Shown piece by piece: positions 1-7,080 of a stretch of DNA of 64,000 nucleotides. The stretch's first letter is position 1. Each line of letters begins with the position of its first letter. The stretch comes from a virus (lineage: Duplodnaviria; Caudoviricetes). The notes under the pieces are model-generated. The model saw only the letters and a program-made list of their open reading frames with translations. It made no database searches and was not told the origin of the DNA. The stretch covers positions 1 through 64,000 of IMG/VR virus record IMGVR_UViG_3300016744_000005, one strand, 5' to 3'. Both the position numbers and the translations under genes were made by a program.

Positions 1-343
1 TTTTTACACTGGGATCCCCATGGTATGTAAACTCCGTGTGCCGATCCAGATCGACCCAAACGATCCTGGACCCAGCCGCTGGGTAAAACCCCCACCCCGA
101 CGGTCGGTCAACCGAACCGGCGGTCTTGATCCCCGAATTCGAAAACACGTAATTTTTTACACGGCAGGGCCATGGTATGTAAATTACCCAGTCCGATCGA
201 TCCGACCTCCCGGTCAGCGATCCCGACGACCCAACCGGAAAATCCAAACGTGTAAATTTTTACACTGGGATCCCCATGGTATGTAAACTCCGTGTGCCGA
301 TCCAGATCGACCCAAACGATCCTGGACCCAGCCGCTGGGTAAA
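1..343. repeat. 87-bp perfect direct repeat (1-87 = 257-343) plus a degenerate core copy at ~153-183
   Basis: 1-87 and 257-343 are identical. Core TTTTTACAC..CCATGGTATGTAAA also occurs at 154-183, and CCATGGTATGT recurs at 1191-1201. The array may continue left of the window. Confidence 0.95.
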
Positions 344-1815
344 CACCTGGCCCAGAGCCAGGAGCTCGACTCGGATCACTCCGGGGCTGTGCAGGACCCC
401 TGAGGTCCAGCCGAGGGCAGCCGGTCCCCAGGGACTGGATCTAGACCCCAGGGCTACGGCCCTGGCGGTTACCCAACCGACCGAGAAAACCACGATTCGA
501 ATCCCAATCCGCCGAAATCACCACGATTTCGAGTAGATTATTTTCGACAAACCCAGTAAATCCAAGGGTCCGTGATTTTTTCCCGGAAAGTTTGTGAATA
601 CTATGCACCGAAATTTGCGTTGAAAAATTCAAACTCGGTACACCGAACTCCGACGACCTGGCTCAGCCAGACCGCCGAGTACACCCAGCCCGGTAACCCG
701 TTGCCCCACGGCACTGGTCGTCCTGGTTGCGGTGACGCTGGTTGATCGGCCCTAGTCCGTGACAGCACCTGGTGACAGCCCTAGGGCTGCCGCTGACATC
801 GCCCAGCAGAGCTGGGATACTCCACCAGGCTTGACCTGGCACTCGATCCCGCCGGTAGCCCCGGCTAGTGATCACCAGTGGTTTCGGCCACAGCGTACTG
901 GCTCCGGCCAGTAGCGCTACACAGTTCTGGCTGGCCGAAAGGTCCAGTTGGATATTACACCGCCTAGCGGCTGGTCTTCGGACTGGCGGCACTAGGGGTG
1001 GCTATACGTCGTCGCTGTAATCGACGACGTGATCTGACGAGTTTAACTCGTTACAACCGCTAGGCTCCTGGCACTACCGGTTGGTCCACAGCAGAAACAC
1101 CAGAGCGCCTCCGTGCTTGGTTAGCGAATTGGATGATCATCGAAGTCTAGGCGCGTCGGTCTCCGACGCAGTATTCACCGGAATTGAATCCCATGGTATG
1201 TGACCAGTGCACACTCGCTGATTCACCGTACACAACCTCCCGTGTTGTTACGTACTTACCCACCGCTCAGCACACTGCAGCCGCTGTGCTGCTGAGCACT
1301 CCAGCAGCAGGTTTACTCCTTCACCTCGTCGTTGGTAAACCAGTGGGTAGCCCATGGCTCAATTCTGTGGAATCTCTCAAAGTCAGTCCCTTTGAGAGCG
1401 GTATACTGGATGCGGATACAGTATATCAACCTGGCCAGTTGTCCGTGGAGTCATTAGACTCTGTAGATCGCCGTGAACGATCTTTCGGACCTGCTAAATC
1501 CATCACTGTCGGGTAGACAGTGATCTCGATGGGACTATCGAGATGATGACTAACGTCATCAAACGAACCACCCCTGATGGGTTATCCACGCCGGTGTGTA
1601 GGCCGGTGACATCAGAGCTTCGATGACTGTCAGACATTGCCTCCTCTCAACGTCAGATAGAATCTTCGTATTACGATCGAGGTTTGGTTCGCTGCAGTGC
1701 CCGGTGGCAACACCGGGCCATTCTCCTGCTTTGGATTTTGCAGTAAGTCTAATCATAGTTAGACTGTTCATAGGGTAACTGGCTAGGTAGGCTTCGGCCT
1801 ACCTAGCTCTTTTTT
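340..1815 (+). ncRNA. candidate large structured non-coding RNA(s), family unknown
   Basis: No credible ORF. GC-rich relative to the genes. Many stems with UNCG/GNRA loops and G-U pairs that work on the + strand (448-465, 878-891, 929-949, 970-987, 1699-1718). Ends at a + strand terminator. Boundaries approximate. Confidence 0.55.
1782..1815 (+). terminator. intrinsic terminator
   Basis: GCTAGGTAGGC-TTCG-GCCTACCTAGC followed by TCTTTTTT. Confidence 0.85.
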
Positions 1816-1845
1816 GTGTCTGTACTCGATAGGACATTTTAAGAC

Positions 1846-1879
1846 AAAAAATAACTGGATACCCGAAGGTATCCAGTTA
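1846..1879 (-). terminator. intrinsic terminator for the 3357->1885 operon
   Basis: TAACTGGATACC-CGAA-GGTATCCAGTTA (UUCG loop on - strand) with an A-tract on its left. Confidence 0.85.
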
Positions 1880-1884
1880 GTAGA

Positions 1885-2187
1885 TCAGAAAGGCCATTTA
1901 AAGCCAATCAGAAGTACGCTGACGCAATTGGCAGCTATAACCAAGGCATACCCACCAGTAAAGCCTTTAATTTTAATAGGTGGTAGTACAGGAGCTGCAA
2001 AGCATCGGCAGACGGTAGCATAGACTATGGTGAGTAGTGGACTAAATGCCAGTGCTGCTAACCAGACCGCTTGCAATCTACCGAGTGCAGAGTAGCGATG
2101 CTGGTGATTTTCAGATAAGAGTATTAGTCCAATAATCCCTACTGTGATCTGTTTCCACAGTAGTAGCTGTAGTAATGCGGTAGTCAT
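1885..2187 (-). CDS. small multi-pass membrane protein
   Basis: 100 aa with about three hydrophobic segments; start overlaps the upstream stop. Confidence 0.7.
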   Translation of the reverse strand: MTTALLQLLLWKQITVGIIGLILLSENHQHRYSALGRLQAVWLAALAFSPLLTIVYATVCRCFAAPVLPPIKIKGFTGGYALVIAANCVSVLLIGFKWPF

Positions 2188-2585
2188 TAAGGTGTCTCCA
2201 GTGTATAAAGAAACTCACCAGAATCACCATCCGGTTGAATCGTAATAGGTCGTTCACCCACGAACCAATGACCATTTTGTTCGTAGAGTAAGCCGATATC
2301 CAGGATCAATAAACCCTGTGGATGCAGAGTATCTTTTAACGCAGATTTGATCATCCGTCGATTGAGCGTTTCAAACTCATAATCTGAGGTAATCCGCATC
2401 AGTTTGCGAATATGCATCCCGTCACGTTTAGTATGCACACAAGCAACGATATCACCGAGAGTTACATCGTTATGTAATCCGATCAACTCCTGATGCCATG
2501 CACAGTCGGTGATCGAGACACCACCAGTGTCTAATTGGGTGAGGATCCCCATGGAGATCCGGGTAATAGGTAAATCCATAGCCAT
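2187..2585 (-). CDS. hypothetical protein (start revised to MAMDL...)
   Basis: AAGGAG SD upstream of the ATG at 2585; operonic position. Confidence 0.7.
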   Translation of the reverse strand: MAMDLPITRISMGILTQLDTGGVSITDCAWHQELIGLHNDVTLGDIVACVHTKRDGMHIRKLMRITSDYEFETLNRRMIKSALKDTLHPQGLLILDIGLLYEQNGHWFVGERPITIQPDGDSGEFLYTLETP

Positions 2586-2595
2586 ATCCGGCTCC

Positions 2596-3357
2596 TTAGT
2601 TGGCAATTGATATGATAGCAGGTGAGCTAAAGTTGTTGATACGATCACCTGGTGTAAAGACGGTATATTGAATCGTGGCTTGTTTACCAGCTAATTGATG
2701 GCGATAACGGTAGTAATCACGTTTCAACCAGCTGGGTGCTGCAGTGATCTTGATGTGGTGTTTACGACCTTCGTGCTCCACTTCACAGATAAACGCTTTG
2801 ATAGAGTTAGTGGTGGTAGTTAATACTGATAGAATCGTGGCAGTGACGTAACGATTCGGTAGTAAGTGATATCGACGCATACCCATTACGGCTAACTCAG
2901 CATCGATATACAGTCCATCAAACTCCAGTGATTTAGAACATAAATCAATCGTGGATTTTAATTCACTATGTTGTAAAGTAAATGGTTCGAGTTTAGTTAC
3001 ACGTATCCGGCCAGGTGTACCTGGATCGCCGAAAGTATAAACCCGTATCACATCTAACCACTCAGTAGGTTCTTCTTTACCCAGGTTGTAAGTTAACCAA
3101 CGAGAGACTGCACGAGTGATAGTCGGATGATGTATAATTACATCACCAGTTACACCTTGCTTAACTAACTCAGCTGATAATGCATCGTTAATCAATCGTA
3201 CATCGCCATTGAATAGCTGTGTGCAATCGCCGTCTTGAACTACTTGACACAGTGCACCGGTCGGTTTCCGCCATGCAGTAACTGCATGGGTAGACTCCAC
3301 TGAAAACATGCCGTTGTTGTAATGGGTGTAAAAATCACCTTTAGATAGAATTTCCAT
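2596..3357 (-). CDS. ATP-dependent DNA ligase-like protein, apparently degenerate
   Basis: WRKPTG resembles motif I (KxDG), FDGLYI resembles motif IV, and the C-terminal GKQATIQYTVFT..NFSSP resembles the ligase OB fold/motif VI. Confidence 0.4.
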   Translation of the reverse strand: MEILSKGDFYTHYNNGMFSVESTHAVTAWRKPTGALCQVVQDGDCTQLFNGDVRLINDALSAELVKQGVTGDVIIHHPTITRAVSRWLTYNLGKEEPTEWLDVIRVYTFGDPGTPGRIRVTKLEPFTLQHSELKSTIDLCSKSLEFDGLYIDAELAVMGMRRYHLLPNRYVTATILSVLTTTTNSIKAFICEVEHEGRKHHIKITAAPSWLKRDYYRYRHQLAGKQATIQYTVFTPGDRINNFSSPAIISIAN

Positions 3358-3408
3358 TGTGAGTATTCTCCGTGAGGATATGTTTATTTAGTTGGGTTAA
3401 TAACACAA

Positions 3409-3420
3409 GATAATATATAT
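3409..3420 (-). promoter_or_regulatory. putative phiKZ-type early promoter
   Basis: ATATATATTATC on - strand, close to the phiKZ early consensus TATATTAC, ~55 nt upstream of an operon start; same motif at 6769, 19133 and 60529. Confidence 0.65.
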
Positions 3421-3447
3421 TCTAGATCCCTTTAAACCGAGGTTAGT

Positions 3448-4755
3448 ATGCCTTTTCAATCACTTTTACATGTTACCACCGATAGGCTATTTAAAACATC
3501 GTCTATAGTGGCCCTAGAATCGTTTGTAAGCAATTCTAACGACTTTCCTATACTCACGTCAGCCTTTACGGCTGCTGCTGGTAATATCGAGCCTACGCAG
3601 CGTTTAGCGCGTGCCATCAGTAGTTTCTTAGTAAGACTCCAAACTTGTAATGATGACCACATCAACTTCTTTGGTGGTAATCTGTTAGGTACCGACCGTA
3701 TCAGATTCTTAGATACCGATCGGGCTAAATGGTTTGATGATATCTTACAGATCGATGAAGACTATTTACGAGAGTGTGTACATGCAGTACCTTATATCGA
3801 TAAAGACTGGAAAGTTGGTGCTGATGTATTTAACTTATCCTGTGTCTGGGTAGTACATCAGTTCTATAAATCACCACATGCGAAAGATCCGGTGATCTAT
3901 CAGGCGATGATTGATACGCTAGTAATCCTACAGTTCCGGTTTATTAGTTCGATCTACTCTCAGTACTTTCCACGCCTAGTAGATAAAGCTGCCGCAGAAG
4001 CCACCTACGCGGCCTTTACACTGAAGTTCAATATCAAGCGTATGGGTTCCTGGGGAGAGATCCTCCGTGATCGTGCAGAGTCATTCATTAACTATGAATC
4101 ACCACACGTACATGCACTCAAGACTTTCCAACCAGATGACAAAGTCGTCTATATCGTAACCGATATGCAAACCCGTACTCGTAAAACGATCAAAGATCAG
4201 TACAACGTCTTAGATAAAGTCCGATCAGGTAATCTACGTATACAGACTACTCAATCGACTTTAACGATAGATGGCGATAAAATCATTAAAGATCATGTCA
4301 ATGTCTTTAATAATGCCAAACAGTATTTGTTTGATGTATCGGGTAATGAAGCGAGTTTCATTAAACGTCCATTGGTGGATGTGATACTGAACCTGATGTC
4401 CACTACTTCAGAGCAAGCATTTTTAGATATCTTAAAGATGATGTGTAATGAACCAGTAGGTACACACAGAGATGAAGTCGAATGGATGCTCGAGCATACA
4501 CTGATCCATGCATTCGATTACATCGCCCGTAATCGTATCCGTTTTAATGACGTAGGGATTATCCTGGTGAAACTTCGAGCCATGTATATGTCGTCGAAGT
4601 CGACTGATCCGATCTTGTTAGAACTACGGGAACGTATTGAACGTTACGCTAAAGCGAATTCTCATTTGAAATCGCCAGCAGCATTAGCTTCAGTACGCAC
4701 TGCGATTATGTTGTACTGTTTACTACGTGCCATCTCGTCTAATCAATACAGATAA
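3448..4755 (+). CDS. conserved-looking jumbo phage protein, function unknown
   Basis: 435 aa ORF, GAGG SD, followed by a hairpin. Confidence 0.8.
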   Translation: MPFQSLLHVTTDRLFKTSSIVALESFVSNSNDFPILTSAFTAAAGNIEPTQRLARAISSFLVRLQTCNDDHINFFGGNLLGTDRIRFLDTDRAKWFDDILQIDEDYLRECVHAVPYIDKDWKVGADVFNLSCVWVVHQFYKSPHAKDPVIYQAMIDTLVILQFRFISSIYSQYFPRLVDKAAAEATYAAFTLKFNIKRMGSWGEILRDRAESFINYESPHVHALKTFQPDDKVVYIVTDMQTRTRKTIKDQYNVLDKVRSGNLRIQTTQSTLTIDGDKIIKDHVNVFNNAKQYLFDVSGNEASFIKRPLVDVILNLMSTTSEQAFLDILKMMCNEPVGTHRDEVEWMLEHTLIHAFDYIARNRIRFNDVGIILVKLRAMYMSSKSTDPILLELRERIERYAKANSHLKSPAALASVRTAIMLYCLLRAISSNQYR

Positions 4756-4780
4756 AAAAAAGATCAATTAAATCAACCAG

Positions 4781-4810
4781 TTAGAGTAGTCCCATATGGG
4801 ACTACTCTAA
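4781..4810. terminator. hairpin between convergent genes
   Basis: TTAGAGTAGTCCCATATGGGACTACTCTAA perfect palindrome. Confidence 0.75.
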
Positions 4811-4817
4811 TGGAGAC

Positions 4818-5309
4818 TTATGCCTTTTTAGCTTCTTTTACTGGTTCAGCCACTGGGACTTCTACTGTGTTATCTACAGGAGTACTTTTATCACCAGCAA
4901 TCTTGCTAGCTTTCCAACCTTCGCCGGTACGTACAGTGTGATATTCCTCAGGTTCTTGACCTAATTGGAAGATAACACCATCGATCTGATTCAACCCCAT
5001 ACATTCTTTCACCAACATAACGACTTCTAAGTCATTATGTTTTGGAATGAAATAAATGCCGTCATCAGCTACAGTAACTTCCAGTTTAAAATCCTGAATA
5101 ACATGCATACGGAAAGGAGCGGTTGAAATGGTGTTCAGTTGTCCATTTAACATATAGACATCTGATTCAGATGGTTCAGTCGCTACACCTTTGATCAACG
5201 ACACTTCATACGTCTTAGAGTTTTCACGACGACGTAGTAATTCACATACTACCCCACCACCTAGTACTGCACCAGTTACTAACAACAAACCTGCTTTTAA
5301 TATAGACAT
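4818..5309 (-). CDS. N-terminally membrane-anchored protein
   Basis: 163 aa; N-terminal TM (AGLLLVTGAVLGGGVVC) followed by RRR; GGAG SD. Confidence 0.8.
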   Translation of the reverse strand: MSILKAGLLLVTGAVLGGGVVCELLRRRENSKTYEVSLIKGVATEPSESDVYMLNGQLNTISTAPFRMHVIQDFKLEVTVADDGIYFIPKHNDLEVVMLVKECMGLNQIDGVIFQLGQEPEEYHTVRTGEGWKASKIAGDKSTPVDNTVEVPVAEPVKEAKKA

Positions 5310-5337
5310 GATTTTTTACTCCAGTTAAGTTATTTGA

Positions 5338-5541
5338 TTAAAAACGTTTTTCAATTAATCGCCACATGCGTTCATTTTTACGATGTTTGCGATCTAAATG
5401 ACGATACAGCATATGTCCGATAGCAGCTACTGCTACTACTGCCCAGAATCTTCCAGTGGTACAGAAACCCGTTTCTAACATAGTGATAAACACAGTTAGT
5501 ACTACTGACATTACCCAATCATATTTGTTTAATAAAGACAT
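5338..5541 (-). CDS. small two-TM membrane protein (start revised to MSLLNK)
   Basis: GAGG SD before the ATG at 5541; two hydrophobic segments and a basic tail. Confidence 0.7.
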   Translation of the reverse strand: MSLLNKYDWVMSVVLTVFITMLETGFCTTGRFWAVVAVAAIGHMLYRHLDRKHRKNERMWRLIEKRF

Positions 5542-5542
5542 T

Positions 5543-5716
5543 TTATTTACCTCGTGCCATAGCTTTAATAGGAGTAGTATCATTAGAGAATAATACTACT
5601 GAACCGATTGTGATTAACAATCCAGCGAATGCAATCACCGGTGATTTGAGAACCATCGCAAATATAACAGCAATGGCGATTAAAGAGATTAATGCTACTT
5701 CGATTAATTTGTTCAT
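5543..5716 (-). CDS. 57-aa two-TM membrane protein (not in ORF track)
   Basis: Hand translation MNKLIEVALISLIAIAVIFAMVLKSPVIAFAGLLITIGSVVLFSNDTTPIKAMARGK; AGGT SD; fills the operon gap. Confidence 0.7.
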   Translation of the reverse strand: MNKLIEVALISLIAIAVIFAMVLKSPVIAFAGLLITIGSVVLFSNDTTPIKAMARGK

Positions 5717-5774
5717 GATTTATACCTATTAGCTAACGTTGATAGTAGGTGGACCTCGGTCCACCTAATGATAT

Positions 5775-5915
5775 TTATTCAGGTTTGTTTTCTTGATCAG
5801 TATCTTTCGGCTGCTCATCCTGCGGAGTAGCCTTAGCATCTTTCACAGTCATATAGACGCCAACTGCCATTACAGTGACAATCCCAACTACGAATCCACC
5901 AATAAATTTACCCAT
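5775..5915 (-). CDS. 46-aa single-TM protein (not in ORF track)
   Basis: Hand translation MGKFIGGFVVGIVTVMAVGVYMTVKDAKATPQDEQPKDTDQENKPE; AAGGAG SD. Confidence 0.7.
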   Translation of the reverse strand: MGKFIGGFVVGIVTVMAVGVYMTVKDAKATPQDEQPKDTDQENKPE

Positions 5916-6141
5916 GATTTTGCTCCTTGTTTACTACGTTTGCGGTTACATCAGATTCTTCACAACCTGATATAGTGATATTTACAGTAGCGCCTTCTTC
6001 GGCACCTTGTCGTGCTGCATCGCGGAGTATACCCGCTTGTGCAGCTACCCCAGCTTTAGCCCCAGCACGCGCTGAGACATAAACTAGACCACACAGAGTA
6101 GCTATACCGGCTACTCCTAATCCGATTAATTTGAAGTCCAT
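5908..6141 (-). CDS. small single-TM protein
   Basis: 77 aa, N-terminal TM ending LVYV; AAGGAG SD. Confidence 0.75.
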   Translation of the reverse strand: MDFKLIGLGVAGIATLCGLVYVSARAGAKAGVAAQAGILRDAARQGAEEGATVNITISGCEESDVTANVVNKEQNHG

Positions 6142-6262
6142 GATAGTACTCCTTATGCAAACATTGAATGATGTTCTGCTAATGTATCGACGTAATGAGT
6201 GTGTAAATGCTCAATATACATTTGACATACGTTGCTCCATTAGCTTGCGTTGGTTGTGATAA

Positions 6263-6448
6263 CTATTTAATTAATTTAGATGCCAGATTGAACAACGTCC
6301 CGACAGTTTCACCATCAGTATGACCTTTACCATAACCTACTTTATAACCAATGTATACTGCAGCAGATACTACGGCTACACCAGTCACGAATCCTGCAGC
6401 TACACTAAGTTTATAACCTAAAGTAGTTTTATTATTTTTATTACTCAT
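6263..6448 (-). CDS. small single-TM protein
   Basis: 61 aa, basic N-terminus, TM, then VYIGYKVGY. Confidence 0.75.
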   Translation of the reverse strand: MSNKNNKTTLGYKLSVAAGFVTGVAVVSAAVYIGYKVGYGKGHTDGETVGTLFNLASKLIK

Positions 6449-6497
6449 GATAGATCCTTAGTAGTAGGTAGTCTTTCGACTACCTACTGACTAGTAA

Positions 6498-6701
6498 TTA
6501 TTTACGGAAGAAGTTACCTCCAGCTTCAATGCCATCACCGATAGTGGTCACTACAGTTTCAGCACCATCTGCGATGGTTTCTGCTTCGTCAGGAGTAATG
6601 ACTTCCTGATCTTTACCTAAACGGTAAACACAGTAAACTGCGGTGGCGGTTAATGCTACTGCTGCGGTAACTTTCAATGCGAATTTAGTTTTGTTTTTCA
6701 T
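6498..6701 (-). CDS. small single-TM protein
   Basis: 67 aa, basic N-terminus, TM, then VYCVYRLG; first gene after an early promoter. Confidence 0.75.
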   Translation of the reverse strand: MKNKTKFALKVTAAVALTATAVYCVYRLGKDQEVITPDEAETIADGAETVVTTIGDGIEAGGNFFRK

Positions 6702-6768
6702 GATATATTTCCTTAATTAATAGTAGATTTGAAGTAGACTAAGCAGGTTATCCTACTTAACTTCACTA

Positions 6769-6781
6769 GGTAATATATATC
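6769..6781 (-). promoter_or_regulatory. putative phiKZ-type early promoter
   Basis: GATATATATTACC on - strand contains an exact TATATTAC. Confidence 0.7.
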
Positions 6782-6838
6782 TGAGTATTTTTTTATTCGA
6801 GGTTAGAATAAACCTAAGGTTTGATTAAACAGCATAAG

Positions 6839-6874
6839 GCGTAGTACCTACTGGACATCCAGTAGGTACTACGC
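6839..6874 (-). terminator. hairpin ending the terminase operon
   Basis: 17-bp inverted repeat GCGTAGTACCTACTGGA/TCCAGTAGGTACTACGC. Confidence 0.75.
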
Positions 6875-6879
6875 ATATT

Positions 6880-7080
6880 TCACGATATTTGGGCTAGGTG
6901 TACTACAAGGCTATTAGTAATGCCAACCAAACTAGCGGCACTAGCCATTACACCACCGCGGTAATATGTTAATGGTATTGCTGTAACCCAACCAGAGGCT
7001 TTACTCATAGCGTAGCAAATGAGATGGCGACACATAACCAACATGATTAGATTCACCAACACAATAAAGGCAATTAACAT
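6880..7080 (-). CDS. small hydrophobic protein
   Basis: 66 aa; start overlaps the terminase stop. Confidence 0.6.
   Translation of the reverse strand: MLIAFIVLVNLIMLVMCRHLICYAMSKASGWVTAIPLTYYRGGVMASAASLVGITNSLVVHLAQIS

Noticed and set aside
1-343. CRISPR array
   Set aside because: Only three core copies, irregular spacing (~153 and ~103 nt), sequence after copies 1 and 3 is identical, and no cas genes in the window.
20-1771. ORFs of 63-110 aa in the left non-coding region
   Set aside because: Pro/Arg-rich, overlapping on both strands, no clear SD sites, atypical composition; better explained by repeats and RNA structure.
984-1815. tmRNA, RNase P or group II intron
   Set aside because: No tRNA-like ends or tag ORF, no GAGGAAAGUC core, no domain V consensus recognised by eye. 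A covariance search is still needed.
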